Shown here in pieces: positions 37,606-46,918 of a stretch of 64,000 bases of DNA (position 1 is its first letter; every line of letters begins with the position of its first letter). Position numbers and translations under genes: made by a program. Origin of the DNA: an uncultured Lactobacillus sp. (lineage in GTDB: Bacteria; Bacillota; Bacilli; Lactobacillales; Lactobacillaceae); NCBI GenBank assembly GCA_937874185.1, contig CALNAK010000035.1, positions 52,019 to 116,018 on the forward strand, given 5' to 3'. The notes under the pieces are model-generated. The model saw only the letters and a program-made list of their open reading frames with translations. It made no database searches and was not told the origin of the DNA.

Positions 37606-37710
37606 AAAAAAGAGTCTTACATAAAATGTAAGACTCTCAGTGGTGAGGTGCAGCTGATCTTCCAAACGCTTGCGCGCCGACCGCTTACCCCCACCTCGGT
37701 TTGGCACCGT
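37606..37710 (-). ncRNA. Candidate small structured RNA (family unassigned)
   Basis: On the minus strand: TTGACT (37745-37740), 18 nt, GATACT (37721-37716). A GC-rich ~70 nt segment follows (..GACGGTGCCAAACCGAGGTGGGGGTAAGCGGTCGGCGCGCAAGCGTTTGGAAGATCAGCTGCACCTCACC..). It ends with the terminator GAGTCTTACA-tttt-TGTAAGACTC plus TTTTTT (37637-37606). Confidence 0.45.
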
Positions 37711-37751
37711 CATGTAGTATCGCACGTTTACCTACTACAAGTCAACATAAA

Positions 37752-39545
37752 TTAATCATCTAAATCCAAAATTGCATTGAAGACTTTTTGTGGCAATTGA
37801 ATCTCATTTCTTGCAGCTTGGCTCTTATTGGAACTTTGTTTTCTTAATAGTGCTTGCTTTTTAGACGTACTGTATTTTTTTCCATTTACTGCGGCGTTCT
37901 TGCGCAATGGGGGGATATCGACACGGGCAACGACTTTATTTTCAACCATGATTTGAGTTGGCATTGGTTGTAGTCGTCTGGGAATCGTATACTTCAACTT
38001 TTCAACTAACTTTTGTGACATTGCTTGAACATCACTGCGGTGAGCCACAAAAGTCAAGGCGTCAACGTGTGAATAGTTAACTAGAACTTCAGCTTTCACA
38101 ACGTCGGCCATTTCATAATCAACAAATTCACTCGTCATACTAGCATAACCATGTGAGACGGATTTCAATTGGTTAAAAAAGTTATAGGCAATTTCTGACA
38201 ACGGCATCTTATACGTTAATTCAGCGTACTTACTGCCGTTCGACATGTCCACAAATTCACCCTTAAATCGATCCGCAATCTTCATTACATCACTGATAGA
38301 ATCTTCTGGAGTATCAATTTTAACGTTGAACATTGGCTCTTCAATATAGTCAATTTCATGGAAATCTGGAATTTGAACCGGATTATTGACCTCCATTACG
38401 GAATCATCTTTCTTCAAATGAATTCGATAAGGAACATTTGGTGCAGTCGTCAAAACTTCAACACCGAATTCATCATGTAGTCGTTCTTTAATGATCTGTA
38501 GATGGAAGATTCCCAAGAAACCGCCACGGAATCCGGCTCCTAACGCATCTGAAGTTTCGGGTGTGATTTGTAATGATGAATCATTTAACTTTAATTTATA
38601 GATAGCATCTTTTAATTCCTTATACTCACCAACTGGGAAGATACCCGCAAAAACCATGGATTTGGCGGGTTTATAGCCTGGTAAAGCTGTTTCAGTTGGA
38701 TTATCCAGGTCAGTAATCGTATCACCCACACGTACATGTTCTGGATCTTTAATCCCAGTCACAATATAACCAACATCCCCAGCCGACATTTCTTTCACAG
38801 GAACCCGCATTGGGGTCAAAATTCCAATTTCACTTGCTGACAAAGTCTCGGAATTAGCCATCATTTTCAGCTTAGTTTGGGTAGTGATTTTCCCGTCAAC
38901 TAGTCTGATATATGCAATAACACCTTTGAAAGTATCATAGGCTGAATCAAAAATCAGTGCCTTCAATGGCGCCTTAGCATCCCCAGCTGGAGCTGGTAAA
39001 TCTTTGGTGATTGCTTCCAGAACTTCGTGCACACCGAGTCCAGTTTTAGCAGAGATTTGTAAAATTTCCACATCAGCCAACTCAGGAGCTAAATCACGAA
39101 TTTGGCTTTCAGTCATCTCAATTTGTGCGTTAGGACTATCAACCTTATTAATAACTGGCAAAATTTTCAACTTATTATTTTGAGCTAAACGGAAATTGGC
39201 TACAGTTTGAGCCTGAACACCTTGTGTAGCATCAACCAATAAAATAGCTCCATCACTGGCAGCTAAACTCTTTGACACCTCATAACTGAAGTCGACGTGT
39301 CCGGGAGTATCAATAAAATTGAATTCATACTTTTGACCATCATCAGCCTTGTAAACATTTCTAACAGTCCGTGATTTGACCGTTACACCGTGTTCTCTTT
39401 CAACTGCCATATCATCTAGCAATTGATCCTGCATTTCACGTTTATTGATCGTATCTGTTTGTTCCATAATTCGATCAGCCAAAGTAGATTTACCGTGGTC
39501 AATATGGGCAATAATGGAAAAGTTTCTAATATTTGTTTGTTTCAT
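37752..39545 (-). CDS. lepA: Elongation factor 4 (LepA) family GTPase, diverged paralogue
   Basis: 597 aa with G-domain motifs IRNFSIIAHIDHGKSTL, DTPGH and NKVD. It is colinear with LepA to the C-terminus, but the basic tail differs (..VNGKKYSTSKKQALLRKQSSNKSQ..). Confidence 0.8.
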   Translation of the reverse strand: MKQTNIRNFSIIAHIDHGKSTLADRIMEQTDTINKREMQDQLLDDMAVEREHGVTVKSRTVRNVYKADDGQKYEFNFIDTPGHVDFSYEVSKSLAASDGAILLVDATQGVQAQTVANFRLAQNNKLKILPVINKVDSPNAQIEMTESQIRDLAPELADVEILQISAKTGLGVHEVLEAITKDLPAPAGDAKAPLKALIFDSAYDTFKGVIAYIRLVDGKITTQTKLKMMANSETLSASEIGILTPMRVPVKEMSAGDVGYIVTGIKDPEHVRVGDTITDLDNPTETALPGYKPAKSMVFAGIFPVGEYKELKDAIYKLKLNDSSLQITPETSDALGAGFRGGFLGIFHLQIIKERLHDEFGVEVLTTAPNVPYRIHLKKDDSVMEVNNPVQIPDFHEIDYIEEPMFNVKIDTPEDSISDVMKIADRFKGEFVDMSNGSKYAELTYKMPLSEIAYNFFNQLKSVSHGYASMTSEFVDYEMADVVKAEVLVNYSHVDALTFVAHRSDVQAMSQKLVEKLKYTIPRRLQPMPTQIMVENKVVARVDIPPLRKNAAVNGKKYSTSKKQALLRKQSSNKSQAARNEIQLPQKVFNAILDLDD

Positions 39546-39845
39546 TTTTCTCTCCTCAACTCAATAATTAACCGTTTGAATTGGCACTGAGAAAGTTAAT
39601 CTGTACCAATTAATTTAGTTGATTCTAACTAAAAGTATTTCTCTATTTATCATAATTAACACACTCATTTCAAAATTAACAACATAAGTTAGTATTATAG
39701 ACCTCTAGTATATAAAAACAATTGGTCTACTTTACCAATTAGTTCACATTTAGCCCTGCCCTTGAATTATTCAATCCAAAACTAGATATAGATTCAACAA
39801 ATTAGTCATAATCCATTATTTTAGTATCCGTTTCCAAAACAAAAA

Positions 39846-39874
39846 GGCTGAAACCCGCATAGTTTCGGCCTTTT
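39846..39874. terminator. Bidirectional terminator
   Basis: GGCTGAAAC-ccgcata-GTTTCGGCC flanked by AAAAA and TTTT. Confidence 0.75.
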
Positions 39875-39953
39875 AGTCTGCAATTGTTTCACATGGAACA
39901 TATTGTATTAAGACATACGTTTGCCCCAACATATTGTGGTAGGTTCCAATCAA

Positions 39954-40862
39954 TCACTTTTGTAAAGTTTGTGTTAAGTCATAACACAACTTATGACTCA
40001 AAATAGAAGATTCTGGACTAACTGGATTATCTAGTCCTTCAGAAACAGCAGTGAGGAATGCTTTAATAATTGGATCAAAGCCTCGAGTGACCAAAGTTTC
40101 TTCCCAATCTGGACGTGATTGTTGAACTTGTAGTCCAGTTTGATAAGTTTCCAACAAGTTTAAATTAGTTACAACTTGGCGCATGGCCGAACTCTGAACA
40201 GTTGAGAGTTCCAAATTACTGCCACCGACCATATTAGTAATGATCTGCGCCTGACATTTATCGCCTGTCAAAGTAATATAGCCTTGTTCCAAATTTCCAT
40301 TGTCAGTTACTAAAAAGTTATTAACGTTCTTCACTTTTTCATCCATCAAGTAAACTGCTGTATCAACTGAATGAATCATCAAATCAAAGATAGCAAATTT
40401 AGTTGGTTGAATAGCTTTCTCACGAATCTTTTCTGAGTAAATAGTTCGCTTGTCAGCAATCTTTTTGAGCTCCTGATTAAATGGTGCGAAGCGTCGATTA
40501 AAACCACACGTCAGCAATAATCCCTTCTGTTCAGCCAATTGGTATAATGACTCCACCTCAGATAATTCTTCTGAAATTGGCTTATCAACATAAACATTGA
40601 TACCAGATTCTAATAGTTGTTTGATAATCGCAAAATGCGTTTGTGTGGGCGTATGTACAAAGACAGCTAAAGGCTTTTCAGCAATTAATTCATCAAGTGT
40701 TTGATGAAAATGTTTGAAGCCATACTTCTTTTCAAGTTGCTCTCCTTTAGCTTTATTTCTTGTTGTTAAATGCCATTCATACTTATCTTGTAAAGTTGCC
40801 ATCACTGGTAAATATGCTTTCTGAGCAATATTTCCTAAGCCAATAACACCAATTTTTTCCAT
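39954..40862 (-). CDS. Gfo/Idh/MocA family oxidoreductase
   Basis: MEKIGVIGLGNIAQKAYLP.. Rossmann N-terminus and VDKP motif. It starts 18 nt after the UvrA-paralogue stop, so it is probably co-transcribed. Confidence 0.8.
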   Translation of the reverse strand: MEKIGVIGLGNIAQKAYLPVMATLQDKYEWHLTTRNKAKGEQLEKKYGFKHFHQTLDELIAEKPLAVFVHTPTQTHFAIIKQLLESGINVYVDKPISEELSEVESLYQLAEQKGLLLTCGFNRRFAPFNQELKKIADKRTIYSEKIREKAIQPTKFAIFDLMIHSVDTAVYLMDEKVKNVNNFLVTDNGNLEQGYITLTGDKCQAQIITNMVGGSNLELSTVQSSAMRQVVTNLNLLETYQTGLQVQQSRPDWEETLVTRGFDPIIKAFLTAVSEGLDNPVSPESSILSHKLCYDLTQTLQK

Positions 40863-40880
40863 ATTATCAATCACTCCAAC

Positions 40881-43412
40881 TTAAAGATTAAATAACTGCA
40901 AATGCTCTTTGAGATACTTGCCGGTTAAACTAGCAGAGTTATTTGCAATCGTTTTCGGTGTACCCGTTGCAATAATTTTACCACCATTGATACCACCTTC
41001 AGGTCCCAAATCGTTAATATAGTCAGCATTTGAAATAATGTCTAGGTCATGCTCAATGACAATAATCGTTGCGTGACGCTTGAGCAATTTATTGAAGACG
41101 TCGATCAAGACACCAACATCCTTAGGGTGCAACCCAACACTTGGTTCATCAAAGATAAATAGTTGATTCTTCTGACTACTCTTCATATAAGTGACCAACT
41201 TCAAGCGTTGAGCCTCTCCACCAGACAAAGTTGGCGTACTCTCACCCAGTTTGAGATAACTCAAACCGATGCTGATCAAGACATCCAAAGTATTTTTAAT
41301 TCGAGGAACATCTTCAAAGAACGTATCAGCCTCACGAACTGACATATCCAAAATTTCAGCCAAATTCTTACCATGCCAAGTTATATCGAGAATCTCCTTC
41401 TTATAACGATTACCGTGGCAGACCGGGCAAACTTGAACGATGTCAGGCAAATATTGAATATCAAGTGTAATCACACCCGTTCCCCCACAATTAGGGCAGG
41501 CACCCTGTTTATTGTTGTATGAGAAGTACGTTGGCGTGAATTTCTTAGTCTTCGCAGCATCTGTTTCAGAGAAAAGTTTTCGTAAACGATCCAAAATTTT
41601 CGTATAAGTTCCAACCGTTGAACGAACATTTTTACCAATCGGAATTGAATCCACTGTCACAATATTCTTAATGTCCGCATTGTCGACCGACCTAACAAAT
41701 TTAGGCAACTTTTCACCAGCAATTTTATCCTTCAAAGCCGGTAGTAAACTATCAAAAATCAAAGTAGTTTTACCAGACCCAGACATCCCCGAAACCACGT
41801 TCAAAGACTCCTTACTGAACTTAGCCGTCATGTCGTGAATGTTATAGCGGTCCCCAATTTGTACACTTATAGTGCCATTTTGGAAAGGTTTTGTCTGCTT
41901 ATGTTTGATGATTGATGCGGTCCCCGTCAGATATGGCTCAATAACAGAATTCTTATTCTGCTTAATTTCATCAACGGTTCCTTCAGTAATAACACGACCA
42001 CCATCTTTACCAGAATCTGGACCGATTTCAATCACATAATCAGCCGCCGCAATAATACTAGTATCGTGATCAACTACAATCAAAGAGTTACCTAGTTGAA
42101 CTAATTCCCGCAAAATTTTTATTAGACCGTCAACGTTAGCTGCATGTAAACCAACGCTCGGTTCATCCAACACATACAAGACACCAGTCATTTGATTTCG
42201 AATGGTTCTAGCTAATTGGATTCGTTGTAATTCACCAGTCGATAAAGTATTTCCAGCACGTGAAATGGACAAATAATTTAAGCCTAAATCAACGATGGGT
42301 GACAACAAATCGAGTAATTCATTGGTCAAATTTTTACCCAAATCTTGCATGTCATTTGGCAACCAATCCATGATTTTTTGACAGAAATCTTGTAATTCAG
42401 AAATGGTAAATTGGCTTACTTCAGCAATATTCTTGCCAACAAGTTCATTGCTGAACAACTTCGGATTGAAGCGACTGCCGTGACAATCTGGGCAGATTTT
42501 TTCTGAATAAAATCTTTCTAGTCGAGTCAATGTTGTTTCATTTTTAGTACTCTTTAAACTGTTTCTAACAGCGGTAAAAGCGTTCTCGTACAGGGCATTC
42601 AGGCGGAATGAGCGACCAGTTTTAGTTGGTACGAGAATCTCCTTTTTCTGTTCCTTACCATTAATGACAATATCTTGTTCTTCTTTGGTCAAATCCTTAA
42701 ATGGCACATCGGTTCTGACGCCGAGTTCCTTAATAATGTCTTTTTGAAGGGTCCGACCAGGCAAGCCCCATGATCTAACGGCACCCTCATCAATGGTCAA
42801 ATTTCGATCTGGAATAATCTTATCTAATTCAATTTCTTTTAAGAAACCAGTTCCCTGACACGTTGGGCAGGCTCCGTCAGAATTAAAGGCAAAGTCCTCG
42901 GCACTAAAGGCCATGAATTGAACGCCACATGTTGGACAAGTCATCATCCCCATTGATTCATCTGTACTGGGCAAATCCATTACTTCAGAAATTTTCAAAG
43001 TTGGATCTAAACGATGTCCATTGGGACATTTTATTGAAGCTAATCGCGAATACATCAAACGTAAAATATTCAAACTTTCGGTCATTGTTCCAACAGTCGA
43101 GCGAACACTTGGAACGGTTGGACGTTGACGAAGGGCAATTGTCGAAGGTAGATTTTTGATATTTTTGACATCAGATCTACCCATTTGGGTAATTCTTCTT
43201 CTAGTATATGTTGATAAGGCGTTGAGGTATTTTCGAGCCCCTTCTGCATAGATAGTATCCATTGCCAGAGAAGATTTCCCCGAACCCGATACGCCGGTGA
43301 TTGCTACAAAAGAATTCAGCGGTATATCAACATCGATATTTTTGAGATTATTGGCGTTGGCGCCGATAACTTCAATGTTATCTGGTATGTAATTTTTATG
43401 TCTAATAGTCAT
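40881..43412 (-). CDS. UvrA-like ABC ATPase (excinuclease subunit A paralogue, short form)
   Basis: 843 aa with two ABC NBDs (GVSGSGKSSL, GMSGSGKTTL; LSTGELQR, LSGGEAQR) and Cys4 zinc modules (CPTCGV..CPTCQG; CPNCGG..CPVCHG). It is about 100 aa shorter than canonical UvrA. Confidence 0.8.
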   Translation of the reverse strand: MTIRHKNYIPDNIEVIGANANNLKNIDVDIPLNSFVAITGVSGSGKSSLAMDTIYAEGARKYLNALSTYTRRRITQMGRSDVKNIKNLPSTIALRQRPTVPSVRSTVGTMTESLNILRLMYSRLASIKCPNGHRLDPTLKISEVMDLPSTDESMGMMTCPTCGVQFMAFSAEDFAFNSDGACPTCQGTGFLKEIELDKIIPDRNLTIDEGAVRSWGLPGRTLQKDIIKELGVRTDVPFKDLTKEEQDIVINGKEQKKEILVPTKTGRSFRLNALYENAFTAVRNSLKSTKNETTLTRLERFYSEKICPDCHGSRFNPKLFSNELVGKNIAEVSQFTISELQDFCQKIMDWLPNDMQDLGKNLTNELLDLLSPIVDLGLNYLSISRAGNTLSTGELQRIQLARTIRNQMTGVLYVLDEPSVGLHAANVDGLIKILRELVQLGNSLIVVDHDTSIIAAADYVIEIGPDSGKDGGRVITEGTVDEIKQNKNSVIEPYLTGTASIIKHKQTKPFQNGTISVQIGDRYNIHDMTAKFSKESLNVVSGMSGSGKTTLIFDSLLPALKDKIAGEKLPKFVRSVDNADIKNIVTVDSIPIGKNVRSTVGTYTKILDRLRKLFSETDAAKTKKFTPTYFSYNNKQGACPNCGGTGVITLDIQYLPDIVQVCPVCHGNRYKKEILDITWHGKNLAEILDMSVREADTFFEDVPRIKNTLDVLISIGLSYLKLGESTPTLSGGEAQRLKLVTYMKSSQKNQLFIFDEPSVGLHPKDVGVLIDVFNKLLKRHATIIVIEHDLDIISNADYINDLGPEGGINGGKIIATGTPKTIANNSASLTGKYLKEHLQLFNL

Positions 43413-43556
43413 AATTTCTCCCTTCAGTCATGCGTCGAGTATAACATTCAAAAAGTCATTTTCATTGTCTTAGGACCTATGGCAATTGATGGTTTTTCTT
43501 TTATTTATCAAACGATAAACGACGGAACAATTTTAAAAGCTGTTGGTATAGTCAAA

Positions 43557-43586
43557 GAAAGAGCGTGTCGCTTGCGACACGCTCTT
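43557..43586 (-). terminator. Terminator hairpin downstream of the SBP gene
   Basis: AAAGAGCGTGTCG-cttg-CGACACGCTCTTT. Confidence 0.6.
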
Positions 43587-43597
43587 TCCGATTTTTT

Positions 43598-44638
43598 TTA
43601 TTCAAAAATGTCATGCCACTCCCGCTTCCATTGCGGCAAATCTTGATTAACCTGCTCAAAATCCACCGTTACGGCGTTACGTGAAGTGCCTTTATCAGTT
43701 AAATATCGATTATTTTTAACATCCGCTTGTTGATTTACCGGAGCCTCATTCAATGAATCCTTAGCAGCAACCTTTTCCTGAACATTTTTACTAATTCGAT
43801 AATCCAAATACTTATAGGATTCGTCAACATTCTTACTATCCTTCAAAATTGAGACCATCTTATAATTAGCAACACGATCAAAGGCATTGGGATTAACATA
43901 CTTCAAATTAGGATTATCTACCAAAATCTTACTAACCGCAGAGCCATTAACCACAGCAACATCAACCTGACCCTTTTTAAACATTTGATTCAATTCAGGA
44001 ATAGTTTTATACGTCTTTGTTCCAGGCCCTAAATCTTTCAAAGCCTCAAAAGCGTACTTTCCATGTAGACCAATTCCAGTACCAACGAATGAACTAGTAC
44101 TTCTATATTGAGAATAAATGCTAGCTATTTGTACCATAGCTGGACCAAACGTCGTCGAAATATCAGGAATAGCCGGATTATTAACCCAACCCTTATCCCA
44201 TAACTGTGACGTAAAATCCATTCCATTCACTTTTTTAGGATCATACAAGAGAACTAAAGTATCAATTGAGTACGGAAGACTATTAGTTTTTTTAGCAAGC
44301 TTTTGTTGTTCACTTGATAAATGAGAAAAATTCTTCAAACGTTTGAAATCGAGTTTCCTTAATTTACCAGCATTATTAAGCGTTACGGCATCGTTTTGCG
44401 ACAGTTCAATCACATCACTACTACCACTTTTCTTAATTCTACTTGAATCACCAGCAAATTGCCCCTTAACATTTAAATCATTGGCTTTACCAAAAGGATC
44501 TAAAACATCTTTAGTCATCTGCTTTTCATTAGTATTGAAAGTCGAAACAGAGAATTCCTTTTGAGACCTACATCCCGTAATTAACAACATCATCATTAAA
44601 GCAGTAATAGTTAGTAATAATTTCAATCGCCTATTCAT
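43598..44638 (-). CDS. ABC transporter substrate-binding lipoprotein (PotD/PotF-like fold), orphan
   Basis: AGGAGG lies 6 nt before ATG 44638. There is a signal peptide with a lipobox (LLITGC). No permease or ATPase gene is adjacent. Confidence 0.65.
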   Translation of the reverse strand: MNRRLKLLLTITALMMMLLITGCRSQKEFSVSTFNTNEKQMTKDVLDPFGKANDLNVKGQFAGDSSRIKKSGSSDVIELSQNDAVTLNNAGKLRKLDFKRLKNFSHLSSEQQKLAKKTNSLPYSIDTLVLLYDPKKVNGMDFTSQLWDKGWVNNPAIPDISTTFGPAMVQIASIYSQYRSTSSFVGTGIGLHGKYAFEALKDLGPGTKTYKTIPELNQMFKKGQVDVAVVNGSAVSKILVDNPNLKYVNPNAFDRVANYKMVSILKDSKNVDESYKYLDYRISKNVQEKVAAKDSLNEAPVNQQADVKNNRYLTDKGTSRNAVTVDFEQVNQDLPQWKREWHDIFE

Positions 44639-44784
44639 CAAAATCCTCCTAAAAATATTAATTGTTACCTTATTCACAATCATAGTAGAATTACATGTTT
44701 TTAGATAGTAGTTTCCAGAATTAAAATATTATCCAACACAAACTATTTCAATATTTAATTACCCTAAAATCATAAAATACCAAA

Positions 44785-44953
44785 CTAGCCTGGAGTAAAA
44801 ATCAAAATTGGCTCAGTTGTGAAATTTTTCTTAGCTGACGAAGTCAGATTAGAAAAAGGCCAATCTTGGAAACAAATCCGCTTTTTGGAATTGATTTCAA
44901 GTCGTGCCCACAACGTTCCAGCCAAATTTTGATTTTTACGGAAGGCGGCAACA
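44785..44953 (-). repeat. Family-B structured intergenic repeat, copy B2 (inverted)
   Basis: Its reverse complement aligns end to end with B1, including the 19-nt internal segment. It contains the spurious 60-aa ORF 44785..44967. Confidence 0.85.
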
Positions 44954-45002
44954 AAAAAAGCCCCCACTCCCTATAAAGGAAATGAAGACTAAAATATATT
45001 AA

Positions 45003-46910
45003 TTATTCAGCTTTAGGCAATTTAGCAATTCTACCTTGTTCAATATAAACACTCAAAATACTAATATCAGCGGGGTTAACACCACTAATACGACTAGCTT
45101 GAGCAATTGTTTCAGGATTGATCTTAGACAACTTTTGAACGGCCTCAGTAGCTAAACTATCGACCTTTGTATAATCGATTCTAGCAGGAATCTTCTTTGA
45201 TTCCATCTTTTTAAGACGTTCAATTTGAAGTTCTTCCTTCTTGATATAACCAGCATACTTAGTAGCAATTTCAACTTGTTCAGCAACACGGTTATCAACT
45301 GGATAATCGGCTTCACCAACCATGTCGATAATATCAGAATAGTGAACTTCTGGTCTTCTCAAGAAATGATCAGCCAAAATTCCATCTTTCAAAGGCTTCA
45401 AATCATGAGCCTTCAAGAATGGTAAAGCTTGCTTTGGTGTAATCATCTTACGAGAAATGCGGTTCAATTCCATTTCAATTGTTTGACGCTTTTCTTTAAA
45501 GACGTTATAACGCTTGTCACTGATTAAACCTAATGCATATCCCTTGTCAGTTAAACGAAGGTCAGCATTATCATGACGTAAGATCAAACGATATTCAGCG
45601 CGACTTGTCAAAAGACGATATGGTTCGTTAGTACCCTTTGTAACTAAGTCATCGATCAATACACCGATATAAGCTTCATCACGGCGAAGTACGAATGGAT
45701 CCTTACCTTGTGCACGAAGTGCCGCATTGATTCCGGCCATAAGTCCTTGTCCAGCAGCTTCTTCATATCCAGAAGTTCCGTTCATTTGACCAGCAGTAAA
45801 GAGGTTCTTAACAACTTTTGTTTCTAGGTTAGACTTCAATTGCCATGGTTCGATAACATCGTATTCAATTGCATAACCAGGACGCATCAACTTAGCGTTT
45901 TGTAGTCCAGCAACTGAATGCAACATCTTTAATTGAACTTCCTCAGGCATTGATGTTGAAAAATCACCAACATAATATTCTTGAGTATCTCGGCCTTCTG
46001 GTTCAAGGAAGATTTGGTGTCTTGGCTTGTCAGCGAAACGAACGACCTTATCTTCGATTGAAGGACAATATCTAGGACCAACACCCTTGATAACACCAGA
46101 AAACATTGGTGCGCGATCAAGATTTTCACGAATAATGTTATGTGTATCAGCGTTTGTATAAGTCATCCAACAAGAAATTTGGTGTTGTAAGTAACTTGAA
46201 TCAGGTGTCTCAAATGAGAAATGATTTGGTTCCTTATCACCAGGTTGTTCAATTGTTTGATCAAAATCAATCGTATTCTTATTAACACGTGGAGGTGTAC
46301 CAGTCTTGAAACGAGTCAACTTGAATCCATTTTCTTCAAGACTTTCTGAGAGCTTGATTGAAGGAATACTGTTATTAGGACCTGATGAATACATCAATTC
46401 TCCAATGATGATCTTGCCTCGTGAAGAAGTACCAGCTGTTAAAACAACTGACTTAGCGTGATATCTAGCACCGGTAGCTGTAACGATACCTTTGCAGACG
46501 CCATCTTCAACGATCAACTTCTCAGCCATACCTTGGCGAAGTGTTAAGTTAGGTTCATTTTCCAAAACATCTTTCATAACACGGTGATACATGTTCTTAT
46601 CAGCTTGGGCACGCAAAGCACGAACGGCTGGGCCTTTACCGGTATTGAGCATTCTCATCTGGATATAAGTCTTATCAATGTTACGTCCCATTTCACCACC
46701 AAGGGCGTCAATTTCACGTACAACGATTCCCTTAGCTGGTCCACCAACTGAAGGATTACATGGCATAAAGGCTACCATATCCAAATTAATTGTAACTAAC
46801 AAAGTTTTTTCACCCATACGTGCAGCTGACAAAGCAGCTTCTGAACCAGCATGGCCGGCACCTACAACAATGACGTCATAAGTTTCTGAATCAAATTCCT
46901 TAATTTCCAT
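45003..46910 (-). CDS. mnmG: tRNA uridine 5-carboxymethylaminomethyl modification enzyme MnmG (GidA)
   Basis: 635 aa with FAD motif [14 protein letters not shown]. The mnmE-mnmG pair lies next to the origin. Confidence 0.95.
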   Translation of the reverse strand: MEIKEFDSETYDVIVVGAGHAGSEAALSAARMGEKTLLVTINLDMVAFMPCNPSVGGPAKGIVVREIDALGGEMGRNIDKTYIQMRMLNTGKGPAVRALRAQADKNMYHRVMKDVLENEPNLTLRQGMAEKLIVEDGVCKGIVTATGARYHAKSVVLTAGTSSRGKIIIGELMYSSGPNNSIPSIKLSESLEENGFKLTRFKTGTPPRVNKNTIDFDQTIEQPGDKEPNHFSFETPDSSYLQHQISCWMTYTNADTHNIIRENLDRAPMFSGVIKGVGPRYCPSIEDKVVRFADKPRHQIFLEPEGRDTQEYYVGDFSTSMPEEVQLKMLHSVAGLQNAKLMRPGYAIEYDVIEPWQLKSNLETKVVKNLFTAGQMNGTSGYEEAAGQGLMAGINAALRAQGKDPFVLRRDEAYIGVLIDDLVTKGTNEPYRLLTSRAEYRLILRHDNADLRLTDKGYALGLISDKRYNVFKEKRQTIEMELNRISRKMITPKQALPFLKAHDLKPLKDGILADHFLRRPEVHYSDIIDMVGEADYPVDNRVAEQVEIATKYAGYIKKEELQIERLKKMESKKIPARIDYTKVDSLATEAVQKLSKINPETIAQASRISGVNPADISILSVYIEQGRIAKLPKAE

Positions 46911-46918
46911 CTTTTCAC

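Noticed and set aside
37606-37710. Identification of the GC-rich small RNA candidate as SRP (4.5S/ffs) RNA
   Set aside because: The size, the GNRA hairpin and a GGAAG..CAGC stretch are suggestive. However, the highly conserved domain IV sequence (GGAAGCAGC with its symmetric and asymmetric loops) cannot be aligned convincingly by eye. I keep it as an unassigned sRNA candidate pending cmsearch.
43398-43646. 82-aa plus-strand ORF
   Set aside because: It spans the uvrA-paralogue promoter region, a terminator hairpin and the 3' end of the SBP gene. It has no RBS and an implausible composition.
44785-44967. 60-aa ORF on the minus strand
   Set aside because: It is confined to family-B repeat copy B2. 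The frame is not preserved in copies B1 and B3 because of indels and substitutions, and it has no RBS.
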